Assembly: GCF_035594765.1 (NCBI RefSeq)
Contig: NC_085842.1
Location: forward strand, 9,175,256 to 9,239,255
Direction of reading: 5' to 3'
DNA from: Anolis carolinensis
Lineage: Eukaryota
Length of the DNA: 64,000 nt
This document shows, piece by piece, positions 12,917 to 26,510 of the stretch. The notes under the pieces were generated by a model, which ran no database searches, was not told the origin of the DNA, and was given only the letters and a program-made list of their open reading frames with translations. The position numbers and the translations under genes were made by a program. Position 1 is the stretch's first letter, and each line of letters opens with the position of its first letter.

Positions 12917-13252
12917 TGTCAGGATGCAAAAAGATCAGCATTCTCCAAGCTGTTCTTTTCACACCTGACTACAACAAATCGGATAAAGAAGACCATTTGG
13001 CTGGGAAGGCTGATTTATGACAGGGTCTGGTCTTCAGACGTGGGAAAGGACAAAAGGAAAGGGAGGTGTGAATGGAGAAGAAGAGACGTGAAGGGAGGAG
13101 GGAAGCAACCACCCAATATACTGAGGGGAAAGAGCGGAAGACGGGCAGTAGAAGCTTTGCGGCCATTTTGGCAAGGCGGATTCAATAAAGTTTTCCATGG
13201 CTACAAGCTGTGTGAGCCTATCTTTGTCTCCTACACCTTCCAGGAACTGACA
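12917..13252 (+). mobile_element. Solo LTR (Gypsy-like), unit 1 only
   Basis: TGTCAG...CTGACA termini, 5-bp TSD CTGAA, internal AATAAA; the site is empty in unit 2 at ~39705. Confidence 0.85.
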
Positions 13253-13258
13253 CTGAAG

Positions 13259-13393
13259 CAGTGGTCCTCAACCTGTGGGTCCCCGGGTGTTTTGGCCTAC
13301 AACTCCCAGAAATCCCAGCCAGTTTACCAGCTGTTAGGATTTAGGGGAGTTGAAGGCCAAAACATCTGTGGACCCACAGGTTGAGAACCACTG
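13259..13393. mobile_element. hAT MITE (135 bp)
   Basis: TIRs CAGTGGTCCTCAACCTGTGGGTCC / GGACCCACAGGTTGAGAACCACTG; 8-bp TSD CTCTGAAG with the left copy split by the solo LTR. Confidence 0.9.
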
Positions 13394-13546
13394 CTCTGAA
13401 GGATTGTCACACAGAGCTTGCTTTCTGCTGCTCCAGAGAACAGACCTCCAACTTACAGGTTCAAATGACAAGAACGGGACTCCACCAAATCTGACGCAGA
13501 ACTTCTCAAAGTTTGAAATCAGACATTTACCCACAATGGCTGTTTT

Positions 13547-14677
<1,131 letters not shown>

Positions 14678-15904
14678 TCATTCCTCAGTGTGCGTCATAA
14701 AGACTCAAAGGAAGTGGGATAAGGAGTGGATTGAAATGATCCTTAAGACAACATAAACATGGAGGAAAAGAAGATATGCCTGTTGTCCTTTCCCCTCCCC
14801 TTGTTCAGTGAAGATGGACCCTGGTTGTCTGCCTGGAGCCTCTAAGAGAGAGATGAGTAACATACGCTCCAGAGGCTCCCTGTTGCTCAGCCCAGCCCGG
14901 TTGTTTATTCCGTCTCCTTCTCTCTGGGGAATGGATGCCTTTTCCCTTCACATCCAAATGCTTGCCTTTTTCTCTAGCTTTAGACTTTACCCATTTCACC
15001 ATCCTTCTCTCCTTTTTATTTCTCTCCCCCAATCCCAGTTCTCTTTTCCCATGCTCCCTGAAGGTTGGATTTTTCCGCTCCAACGTACAAGATCCCATAC
15101 CTAATTTCAGAGAACAGCAGAGTCTCGCTTATCCAACATAAACTGACCAGGAGAACACTGGATAAGTGAAAATGTTGGATAATGAGGGATTAAGGAAAAG
15201 CCTATTAAAGGTCAAATTGCATTATGATTTTACAAATTAAGCACCAAAACATCATGTTTTACAACAAATCAACAGAAAAAGCAGTTCAATACACGGTAAC
15301 ATGATGGAGAAATCACTGTATTTACGAATTTAGCACCAAAACATCGCAATGTATTGAAAGCATTGACTACAAACAATATTTATTACTAAAAACTTGACTA
15401 TAAATATAGAATTGCATAAAACAACACTGTTGGAAGTTAAATCCATAAAAAGTTCAGTCTTGTGAAGATTTTTTAAAATCTGTGACCCTTGCCTGCTTTT
15501 CCAACTATTGCCATTTCTCCGCTGACAAGTCTCGCCATCTTTGCGGCATCTTTATGTCCATCCCCGTAGCTTCTTCTTGTTGCTTGATGTGTGTCATTGC
15601 GGTTTCTAGAGCCCAAACCCTATCCTTGTGTGAGATCCTGAGAGGCCTAACAACTTATTCCATTTCTTCTATCCTTGCCGAGAATAGCTTCCTGCAATAG
15701 TTCCTTTTGAGCTCTTCCAAAACGCCCTGATCCATCGGTTGGCATATGACGGTTACATTCGGTGGCAGAAACATCGCCTTCATGTCCCCCTCTTGAAGCT
15801 CCTCTGCATCAGGGTGTGTTGGGGCATTGTCTAGCAACAAAACCGCTTTCCTGGGCAGGTAAATTTCCTTCAAAAATTCCTCCGTGGAAGGAACAAGTTC
15901 CTTA

Positions 15905-16367
15905 GGGCTGGGCTGTAGCAGTAATAAGATCTACCAACCGAAAGGTGGCCAGTTCGAAGCCCGGTCGGGGGTGAGCGCTCGACCTCAAGCCCAGCTCACT
16001 GTTTACCTGAGCAGTTCGAAAAGAGTTTATAAGCTGTAAATAGAGAAATGAGGCAACGCAAATTGCGGGGGAGGTATTTTAAAACACCATAAAGAACAAG
16101 ACCAGAAATGCGGTGACCAAGAGGAAGGTGGAAGGAGGAAGTTCTGATGGCTCTTCGTCATAGAGAATGAAGCAACAGCACCCCCATGACTGAATCTGAG
16201 CAGAACATCAGCCTCCAAGGCACCCAAAAACTGGACTTCCAGACCACATACCTCCTTCTGTTTGTCTTATTCTGTTCTGTCCAAACGGTATTGAATGTTT
16301 GCCGTGTATGTGTATTGTGATCCGCCCTGAGTCTCCTTGGGGAGATAGAGCGGAATATAAATAACGG

Positions 16368-16419
<52 letters not shown>

Positions 16420-16428
16420 TAATAATAA
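15905..16428 (+). mobile_element. Sauria-type SINE
   Basis: tRNA-like head gggctgggctgtagc..., B-box-like AGTTCGAAGCCC, 3' tgatccgccctgagtc and a (TAA)n tail. Confidence 0.8.
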
Positions 16429-16452
16429 TTAGTCTTTGAACATTTCACTGGT

Positions 16453-16542
16453 GGGGGACATGGAAAGAGCCTCCTCGAAGACTGAGTAAATCCAGTCGGG
16501 CGTCCCCTGGGCAACATTTCTTGTAAACGGCTGATCTTTCCA
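16453..16542 (+). ncRNA. HDV-like self-cleaving ribozyme at the Vingi 5' end
   Basis: P1 GGGGGAC/GTCCCCT, P2 TGGAAAGA/TCTTTCCA, P3 GCC/GGC, L3 TCCTCG, P1.1 CC/GG, GCAA-P4-GC with candidate catalytic C16531. G1 coincides exactly with the TSD boundary. Confidence 0.8.
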
Positions 16543-19500
16543 ATCCAAAAGCATTGCATTGCTTTTAAACATTTTTTTAAACATTTTAAATGTGTTTTAT
16601 CTCTCCACAAATGGATGAACACTAAAGGTCTTCATCAAGACCATTGCTGACAATTATGTCTATTAATATAGAAGGTTTGTCACTTGCTAAGGAAGAGCTA
16701 TTAGCCAAAATGTCCGAGGACATCTCGTGTGACATTTTATGTATACAGGAAACACACAGAGACATCACAATGAGAAGACCAAAAATTCTCGGAATGCAAC
16801 TGGCAGTGGAATGACCTCACAGACAATATGGTAGTGCCATTTTTGTACGATCTGGTATAGCAATATCTGCAACCTCTCTCACAGAAGTGAACAACATTGA
16901 AATCCTATCTGTGGAACTGGATAGTTGCAGTGTATCTTCACTCTACAAACCTGGGGCTGATTTCTATTTTACGCCCCCAACCAATTGTCACAATCATGAA
17001 GCCCATTTTATTGTGGGAGATTTCAATAGCCATAATTGTGTCTGGGGCTATGACGAAGATGATAGAAATGGTGAAGCAGTTCTAACATGGGCCGATAATA
17101 GTAGAATGAGCCTCCTTCATGAGAGTAAATTACCACCATCATGTAATAGCGGCCGATGGAAGCGTGGTTATAACCCTGATCTGATTTTTGTAATTGAAAG
17201 CATAATCCACCAATGCATTAAAAGGGTATTAAACCTGATACCTAATACTCAGCACAGACCAATATGCTGCGTAATATATGCAGCTGTAAGACCAAAGTGT
17301 CCCATTCCGCAGAAGATATAACTTCAATAAAGCTAACTGGTCAAAGTTTACAGAGACCTTGGAAGCAGCTATTTCTGATATAGAACCTTCTATAGAAAAT
17401 TATGACCTGTTTGTAGAAGCTGTGAAAAGATTTTCGAGGCTCTCAATCCCTAGAGGCTGTCACACAAGCTACCTACCAGGCCTAAATGAAGAATCACTAA
17501 ATCAGCTACAGGAATATCTCAGACTCTTTCAAGAGAATCCATACAGTGATGGGACTATAGCAGCAGCCCAAAAACTATCTACAGCCATAGCTAATGCTAA
17601 GAAAGACCGCTGGATAGAGCTGCTTGAGAACCTTGACATGTCCAAGAGTTGCCAAAAAGCCTGGCAATTGCTGAGACGCTTGGATAGTGACCCTCTGGTC
17701 AACCATGGACATGCAAACTTAACACCAGACCAGATAGCTCACCAGCTAATTCAGAATGGGAAAACCAACCGCAGCAGAGTAAAGATGAAAATCAACAGGG
17801 TGCCAGAACTTGAAACCCACCCGTTGTCTTCTCCTCTAAACCTGAAAGAACTCAAAGAAGCCATCAAGCGATGTAAGACTGGTAAAGCACCTGGCCTAGA
17901 TGACCTGATGATGGAGCAAATCAAACACTTGGGCCCCAAAGCTGAAAACTGGCTTTTGAAATTCTACAATCAGTGCCTGGCACACAAACAGATTCCCAGA
18001 GTATGGAGGAAAACTAAGATCATTGCCATCTTAAAACCTGGTAAAGATGCCTCCAATGCCAGGAACTATCGACCAATCTCCCTCTTATGTCATCTATATA
18101 AAGTCTATGAGAGGATGCTATTAAATCGACTAGGACCTGTTATCGAACCCAAGCTTATTGCACAACAAGCAGGTTTCAGACCAGGGAAAAACTGTACAGG
18201 TCAAATTCTTCATCTGACTGAGCATATCGAGGAAGGCTACGAGAAAGGCTGCATCACGGGAACAGTTTTTGTGGACCTTACGGCAGCCTATGACACGGTG
18301 CAACATAGAAAAATGCTGCATAAAGTCTACCATATCACCCGGGACTTTGACTATACAAAAACTGTCCAGACCCTCCTGGAAAACTGCAGCTTCTATGTGG
18401 AGTTTCAGGGCCAGAAAAGCAGATGGAGGAGGCAAAAGAATGGTTTACCCCAAGGAAGCGTTCTTGCACCAACCTTATTTAATATCTTCACGAACAATCA
18501 GCCACAACCACCACTCAGAAAGAGCTTTATATATGCTGATGACCTTGGCCTTACAACACAAGCAAAAGATTTTGAAACAGTTGAAAACCAGCTCACTAAT
18601 GCCTTGAAAGATCTCCCCAGCTACCACAAAGAGAACAACCTGAAGCCTAACCCTTCCAAGACACAAGTGTGTGCTTTCCACCTACGTAACCGTGAAGCCA
18701 ACAGGAAACTGAAAGTTACTTGGGAAGGCCAAGAGCTCGAACACTGTTTCCATCCTAAATACCTTGGTGTCACCTTAGACCGAACACTAACATATAGGAA
18801 ACACCGCATGAACACCAAGCACAAAGTAGCTGCACGCAACAACATCCTGCGGAAACTGACTGGCAGCTCATGGGGAGCAGACCCACAAGTAATAAGAACA
18901 TCAGCCCTGGCCTTGTCTTTCTCAACTGCAGAGTCTGCCTGTCCTGTCTGGCACAAGTCTGCCCATGCAAAGCAGGTGGACATAGCACTGAATGAAACAT
19001 GCAGAATCATCACGGGATGCCTTAAACCGACACCTGTTGATAAACTCTACAAGTTAGCTGGCATTGCCCCTCCTGACGTGCGACGGGAAGTTGCTGCTAA
19101 CGGTGAGAGAAAAAAGGTCGAACATTGTGAAGGCCACCCACTGCATGGCTATCACCCTCCTCCCACCAGACTCAAATCAAGGAAGGGCTTCATGAGAACC
19201 ACCACTCCCTCCTCTTGATGTTCCTCCAGCAGCAACAAGGGTGTCCCTCTGGGCAGCTAAACCTGGCAATTCCAACTGGATGGCCCCCCCATGAGGGTCT
19301 TCCTTCCTTCAGGGCAAACCAAGAATGGGCAACTTGGAAGTCCCTGAACAGACTCAGAAGCGGAGTGGGCAGATCTAAAGACAACTTGGCAAGGTGGCAC
19401 TACCTGGAGGAATCCTCCACCTTGTGTGACTGTGGAGCAGAACAAACAACTCCTCATATGTATGCTTGCCCACAATGCCCTGCCTCATGCACGGAGGAGG

Positions 19501-19635
19501 AGCTGTTTAAAGCTACGAACAATGCGATTGCTGTTGCCCGCTTTTGGTCCAAAACTATTTAGCTGTTTGTGATTCCTCTATTTTACCACTTTTAAACTTA
19601 TTTATTATGCAATGCTTTTGACACGAAATAAATAA
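16453..19635 (+). mobile_element. Full-length Vingi (Ingi-clade) non-LTR retrotransposon with decayed single APE-RT ORF; unit 1 only
   Basis: APE motifs (DILCIQETH, GDFNSH, NPDL), RT motifs (GLPQGSVLAPTLFN, YADD) and C-terminal CDCG..H...C. One stop and two frameshifts. (TAAA)n tail; TSD ATTTCACTGGT at 16442-52 and 19636-46; empty site at ~54212. Confidence 0.85.
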
Positions 19636-22492
19636 ATTTCACTGGTCATCAACAAACTTTTTTGATTGTAGTATTTTACAGGAAGAGCGTTTTTTGAAAC
19701 TGTTTTAAAGGCTCTTGGATTTTTGGGCTTCCCAATCATTGCGAGGCCCATTTTGTGGATTTCTGTAGCACTGCTGCCTGCTAACATTGTCAGCCTTTCT
19801 TTACTACGCTTATAGCCAGGGGCTGCTGCTTCAGTTCTGGCTGCAAGACTCCTACTTGGTAACATTTTGCAATTAAACATCTGATCGCCTGTTAGGCTTT
19901 GAGTTTCAACAAAGTCTTGTACGTTTTTCTTGAATGCCTCTATTTCTTGATCATTTGATGACAGCTTCTCACCACAAACACTTAACCGACTGATTCCATA
20001 ACGCTTCTTCCACCTGTCGAGCCAACCAATGCTTGCTGTAAAATCTGGTTCCCCTTCATTAAATTCCTTTCGAAAACACGACTTTTGCTGTAAAATAGGC
20101 CCGGAAATAGGCACGCCTTTGTCTCTGGACTACACAAACCAAACATACAAAGCTTCACTAACTTTTTCATAGTCAAACCTTTTCATCATTTTCCTCTTTC
20201 AGCACACCATTGGTAACTTTGGAGGTACACCATTCTTCCATCTCCAGTCGATTCCTTTTCCAGTCTCCTACTCTTACCTGTTGGACATATTAGTCGTCGG
20301 CTACTTTCTGTATTGTTCCTCCTTTGTCCAGTCTCTTGATTGCCTCAAGTTTCTGTTCCATGGATAAAACAAACTTCTTTCTCTTCGTAGCCATTCTCGT
20401 GCAGAAGAAAGGGCATGCACAGATCAGTGGCGGAAAGGGTCTGCCACTTGTTTGGGAGCGTGGCTGCACTTGTATTGTTTTTGGGCGTGTTGTTGTTTTT
20501 CTGGGCAGCAACACGCTGTTTGTTATTCTATGTGTAGAAACTATGGGTTCCCACAGGGGTCCTGGTGGGAGGGAAATGTGAACAGCACAAGAGCATTATT
20601 GAAGAAGAGGCCATAGCTCAAAGGGAGGGCCCCTGCTGCACTTCACTTCCTGGTATCGCTCGTGAACAGAGTCAAGAAAATAGGATGACAACCATTGTGT
20701 CTGAAAATCTGGAGAGCTGCCACTGGGTCAGAGTACATGATACAGGCCAGACAGACAAAGTTTGTCATTCTGGGAGGGGCGAGACGCAGCCGGTACAGGT
20801 CGGACGCTGTCTGCGCTGACTACGTCTCACCCCTCCTGGCAGGCGACTAGTGCGCAGAGAGACGTGTTGCTGCCGAGAGAAACAGCTGTGGATCCCGGCG
20901 GGAGGCAGACTGCATTGGATGATACAGAACGTTGGATGAGCTAAGGTTGGATAAGCAAGACTCTACCGTATTGCAGAGATTCTTACCCTTTTACCACCAA
21001 CTACCAAATGGGACTTTTACAGTTTTTGGAAGTTGGCTGTAAATATGAGTTGCAAAGGGATAGATTTGCCTGACAAAGCTGTGAATGTGCAAAACCGTGA
21101 CTGTAAAGAAAAAGTGGAGAACAATGATGAAGGCAGAGAAGGACCAAAAAAGGGATGTCTGTAGGACTCGGCCAGATAGAGTGGCATCCACGTAACATCC
21201 CACGTGAGAGAGAAGAGACTGCCTCCACACCATCCCAGTTTGGGAGGAAGGACAAGACTGGACCAGAGGAAAGAGCTGGTGATCCATCCGTTGTGATTCA
21301 ACCCCACGCGGCTCAAGTCTGCAGTCCCCAATGAGAAACAGGGAGCTAGTTTCAGAAGAGGCTGAGGGAATCCCTCCCCCTTGTCTCCTGATTGACAGTT
21401 GGGATGTATCTAGTTGTTATCTTCTCTGTTTCTTTCTCTCATTCTGATTGGTTTTGTAGAATGGTGCATGCTTTTGCTTCAGATTTCTGACTTATATCTC
21501 AGTGTGTACTTTGTGTATTAAGACCTCTCTCTGCTTGTGTCAGGAGAGATGTGGGGCTTGGAGTTTTTCCCTCTCTTTTAAACCCGAGAAGAGATGGAAA
21601 TAGAGAGCAGCTCAGATCCAGTCCTTTACTATTAAAAAATGTAGTTATTAATTTTTTTGTAATTTTAAAGACTGAACTCTGCAGCTTTGCTTCCAAAGTT
21701 CTTGATTTTTTACAGCTACATCATTTCATGCTCTGCTTGTTGTGACCTGGATGCTCAACTATAAGTATCCTGTTGGTAATTATAGGTGGTCTGCTTTTTG
21801 TGGGGTAATTTTCCCCAACAAAATCCTGATGCCGCAGAAACAGAGACTTCTTGGAAATACCATTCTGTCGACTGTCCCTTTGTTCAGCTCTGATTCCAAT
21901 AACTGTCTAATTCTGCACACCTTTTATCCGGAAGCTGCAACCTCTTCACATACAAGAATTTAGGAAAGTGGCTGCGGATAATTTGGGATTTTCTAACATT
22001 TAGGATGAAATAAATATACAGAGTGTTTCAAAAAGATGCACTCAATTGGAAAGAGCTAGATTTCTGCAGATGTGAAACTACCATGAGTGACACTCTTACC
22101 ACTTGAAGGAGAGGGGCAGAGAGTGTGACAGCTGCTCTATGCCTCTCCCAGTGCACAAAAGGCCCCGAGCCCCAATCATTCACAAGCACAGAACACATAA
22201 CACATGATATTACAAGTCACCGTCTTGTGAATGAATGAGGCTGGGGGCTGTTTGTGTGCTGGGAGAGGCAGCGTAGAGAGAGAGAGCTGAGCCTTCAGAC
22301 ACGCAAAGGCTAGCCTGCCTGGTTGGGAGGAAAAACAAGGTTGAATACCACACCAATCATAAGGTGTATAGCCGCCTATGCGTATCTGATGCTACGGGAA
22401 GTTTTTTTTTTTTCATGATCCATTCTCCGGCCCCTCTCTCCAGCCAATCTGCTCCCTCCCTCTATTTTCTTCTCACACAAACACTCAGAGAG

Positions 22493-22495
<3 letters not shown>

Positions 22496-22560
<65 letters not shown>
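22496..22560 (+). repeat. (GA)n microsatellite (shorter and interrupted in the paralog at ~55999-56035)
   Basis: Direct inspection. Confidence 0.95.
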
Positions 22561-22564
<4 letters not shown>

Positions 22565-22765
22565 ACTGACTTTGACTTGACTCCAGTTATGGAAATCTTC
22601 CCACTTGAGTCTGAATTGGTGCTTATTATTATTATTATTATTATTATTACTCTTATGTCATATATTTCTAACACAAGCCCTGCCTTGCGGACCCTCAGTG
22701 ACTGTGACGATTTAGGCTAATACTGCCTTTTGAAACAGAAATCCCCATCAGTGAGGGAGCCTTAC

Positions 22766-22846
22766 CAAGAGAGTCCACAATCCCATTCATCTCCTCCATG
22801 ACCTGCTTGTGCAAGGCTTTCTGGTCCGGATTCAGGAGAACCCACT
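22766..22846 (-). pseudogene. Gene B1 KRAB-A exon remnant; acceptor and 5' part deleted
   Basis: [26 protein letters not shown] with donor |gtaagg retained. The 539 bp present in unit 2 (56320-56858) are missing at junction 22846/22847. Confidence 0.85.
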
Positions 22847-22956
22847 GCCTAAGTGTACTATTCTACATATATTCTTGTTGACATTAAGTGGGTTAGTTTT
22901 GGCCCAGCTCTCCACCATGTTCAGGCCATTTTGAATTCTGATCCTATCTTCTAGAC

Positions 22957-23197
22957 CAGGGGTCCCCAAACTTTTAAAACAGGGGGCCAGTTCACGATCC
23001 TTCAGACCGATGGAGGGCTGGACTATAGTTGGCCACCAAGCAATAATAATTAATAATAATTAATAACAACAACAACAACAACAACAACAAAGAGGGTTTG
23101 AAGAGACCCTTTGGGCCAATTAGTCCAACCCCCTTCTGCCTCTGTGCACCAAAAGCACAAGCAAAGCACCCCTGACAGATGGCCACCCAGCCTCAAT

Positions 23198-23250
<53 letters not shown>

Positions 23251-23381
23251 GGGTTGTAAGAGAAGAAGAGACCCCCTTCTGTCATTTAGCCCAACCCACT
23301 TCTGCTCTTGTGCCGTGGGGGCCGGATAAATAGCTTCGATGGGCCGCATCTGGCCCCCAGGCCTTAGTTTGGGGACCCCTG
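22957..23381. mobile_element. hAT MITE, unit 1 only
   Basis: TIRs CAGGGGTCCCCAAACT / AGTTTGGGGACCCCTG; 8-bp TSD TTCTAGAC; empty site at 56961. Confidence 0.9.
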
Positions 23382-23712
23382 TTCTAGACTGTGAGCTATC
23401 CCTGCTAATTTGGTTTCATCTGAAAACATGATACGCATATTAAGCAGCACCCTCTTCCCATGTCTTGTACCCTTTTGAATCTTAGTTCCATTCAAAGTTC
23501 TTTGAACATCCATTCTGATTTATTTAGTTTTCTCTTCATTTCCCCCCCCCCCCCACCCCTTATAGCAAATGTTTGCAATTGTGCCTTCAGTATTTCACTT
23601 CTAAGGAAAGGCATTCTATCTTGTCTGTTTCAACAGATGTTGATAATTAAGCCTGGAGCAAAAGGCACCCCGGCAGGCCCAGTCCTCCTCTCCCAGGAAC
23701 CCTTCTGCTTAC

Positions 23713-23783
23713 CTGACTCAGTCCCACTCCATCGCAAAGGGGGAGAAACGGCTGAGGATTCGGCAACAGCATCATTCCAGACC
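23713..23783 (-). CDS. Gene B1 71-bp linker exon
   Basis: ctctctctccag|...cag|gtaagc; phase 1 to 0; conserved with 57611-57681. Confidence 0.7.
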
Positions 23784-24523
23784 CTGGAGAGAGAGCAAGG
23801 GGTGGAAAGCTGGTCACAGAAACAGGCCTCAGAGGTGACCATTGCAGTCCTATAAAGAAACCGGTGAGGAAACGACCCTAAGAACACAGGCACATTCAAC
23901 AGCCAATGAAGATGTACAATGTGAGGGTTTAGGACTTTATCTCGCAAGCAGGGCTGTGTTTGAGTGAAACTAGCACTGGGCTTTGTGTTTCAATTGACAA
24001 AAGTGATTCTTTGCTGTCTGTTTGTCTTCCAGCTCAGTTTCAGGGCTCAGCTCAGCTTAGGGTCCCACCTGGGAAGACACTGAAGGGCTGCATTGTCAGT
24101 CCTATTGCAAGAAAGAAAACTGCAAATCAAACTGAAATGACACCTCTAGCAACCCTATGCCTACATATAACAATTTATTTTATTTTTATTATTATTATTA
24201 TTATTTTATTTTTTTACTCGCCTCTTCTTGCAGTTCCAGGCAGGTTACCACAAAATTTTAAAAACACAACCTTTGTCAAAATTCAACAAAGATACATATT
24301 TCTATAAAAGATCCACATTAAAACTGCCTTTCTATAAAATACATATTAAAGTACATAAAACATCACAGAAAAGACATGAGTTTAAGATATATACCCATCT
24401 CAAGGCCAAATGATCCGGCATGTTCACCTTCTGAAGCTCCAACTGTGGGTGTGCACTCATCCCCCCAAAGCGGGATTTCCACTGGCACAAAACCCCAAAA
24501 CTCCCAGAAGAGTCCCTTCTCAC

Positions 24524-24641
24524 CCTGCAAGGCGGCAGCCCCGTCTCCTTCCCGCTTCAGCTCCTTCTGCCTGAGACTCTGGGTGGTGTCTGGTGGAGAT
24601 TCCTCTGGTGCAGGGACTTCCATGGAGTTATTATTATGGGC
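24524..24641 (-). CDS. Gene B1 post-SCAN linker exon (118 bp)
   Basis: ctcttccag|AHNNNSMEVPAPEESPP...ALQG|gtgaga; phase 0 to 1; differs from the paralog by an in-frame 3-bp indel. Confidence 0.75.
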
Positions 24642-24977
24642 CTGGAAGAGCACAGAGCATTCCAGAAGGAGTTTGGGAAATGTTCAGAAACATCACAGAC
24701 CTATAGACCTTTTTTGGAAAGAATAACTCTGAGATGGCAACCTAGTTTGGAACCAATGCCCCCCTCCCCCTCCCACCATTGTCTATGTTCTATCTTGAGC
24801 AGAGCATCAACCAAGCTGAGGGTAGAGATGGAGGGGCAGAGCAGGTGGGGAAAGAGGCCAAGGGAGCAGGGCCTTGCTTATCCACCACATCGGTCCCATC
24901 TTGGAAGAAAGGCAGGATGTACGTTCAACCTGTCCATCAGTCCCCAGGTTAGTGAAACCCAGAGGGAATGCTCTCAC

Positions 24978-25361
24978 CTGTCCTTCCTGCTCCTTGTCCT
25001 CGGCCCGACTCAGGAGGAAGCCTTCCGCCAGGGCCACCGCCTGGGAACAGGTCTCTGCCCCACACTCTCGGACCCAGCTCCCCATTTCTGGGGGCAGGAT
25101 GCTCAGGAACTGCTCCAGGGTCACCAGGTCCAGCACCTCGGCCTTGGTGTGCTGCTCTGGCTTCAGCCACTGGCGGCACAGATCGTGGAGACGACTGCAA
25201 ACCCCTCTGGGTCCTTCACCCTCTTGGTAGGAGGACTGCCTGAAGCGCTGGCGCTGTGTGTCCGAGCTGTCAAGGTCCACACTCAGGGGCTCATGTCTTT
25301 CCCAGGATTCCCCACTGCCCCCAGGTCCTGCTTCAGGTCCATGTGAGTTGGGTCTCTCCAT
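24978..25361 (-). CDS. Gene B1 SCAN-domain exon
   Basis: [53 protein letters not shown] is a SCAN domain; donor CAG|gtgaga; upstream acceptor at 25489. Confidence 0.9.
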
Positions 25362-26510
25362 GTTGGAACCACCCTGGTGAAGAACCCAACCGTATCCAAG
25401 ATGCTTTTCCTCCTCTTCTTTCTTTCAAGGGAAAGAAATCCCTCCACAGGCTCTACTCCGAAATTCTCAGCCAAAAATCACATTTCCTCTGTGAAAGAAA
25501 GGCAGAAAGGTTGTGGGACCAGGCTTTTGAGCAATAGTAGCAGCAGAAATGGCAACTATATGATCCAAGGTATAATGACAGACCCGGTTTGTACTTGAAA
25601 TGCACCTTGAATTTTTATTTAAATGTACATTTATGAAGGTCTGAATGTAACTTAATTTAAATGGAATTTTGAAATGTGACTGTAATTATTTGATATATGT
25701 TTTTTATGCTGTAAGCCACCCTGAGTCCCCTTGATGGGTGAGAAGGGCGGGGTAGAAATGTTGTAATATTGTAATTTTGTTCGTTTGTAATAAATAAACA
25801 TAAAGAAGACTCAACAATGACATGGTTTCATTATATAACTGACTCCAACAGAGACTCCGTCTAGACAACAAAATGGGTAGACAAGAATCGGAGAATCATC
25901 GGAACCAACTGCTACAGACAAAAAAACAAGCCAACTGGGAAGCTGCATCAATTTCTTCTGAAAGATTTTACAATTGATGGAGAAATAAAAGAACCTATGA
26001 GTCAGTGGGTGAAAAGTCTAGGCTGGGCAATAAGTCCATGAGAATGGGAAGAACTCTGGTAAAAATGACTAAAATTTACAAGGAGTCACACAATTAAATA
26101 AAATTTCTACAAAATGATACATAGATGGTACATAACTCCAGAAAAACTCTCAAACACACACACACGCACAGAGATATATGATATGTTGGGACTTGTCCAA
26201 AAGCTAACGAATTCTGAATAAAAATCCACAGAGACATGGAAACTATTCTAGAGTACAAAATCCCATTAAGACCAGAACTTTTTCTACTGGGAAACATCAA
26301 GAAAGACTCTTTCTTTATATGACAACAGAAGCAAGAACTGAATACGCAAAACTATGGAAACAACAAGACATGCCAACACCAGAAAACTGGACGACAAAAG
26401 GTTTCGAAATGGCCAAAAAGGACAAACTAACTTCAGCTGCACAACAAACAAATACACAGAAACTTCCAAGAAGAATGGAAGCCCTTCATTGAATTCACAA
26501 AGAAGCAAAG

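Larger units (their letters stand above)
15115..20968 (-). mobile_element. Tigger/pogo-type DNA transposon relic with nested SINE and Vingi
   Basis: TIRs CAGCAGAGTCTCGCTTATCCAAC / GTTGGATAAGCAAGACTCTACCG followed by TA. Transposase remnants: MATKRKKFVLSMEQKLEAIKRLDKG, FTASIGWLDRWKKRYGI (CENP-B HTH), LLLDNAPTHP and FLPPNVT..QPMDQGV (DDE). Confidence 0.88.

Noticed and set aside
14866-14923. Possible extra exon of gene B (cag|...|gtatgt)
   Set aside because: At 58 bp it breaks the frame; the gene is already in phase without it.
24807-24977. ORF read-through past the SCAN exon donor
   Set aside because: A canonical donor and in-phase downstream exons explain the structure; intron retention cannot be shown from sequence.
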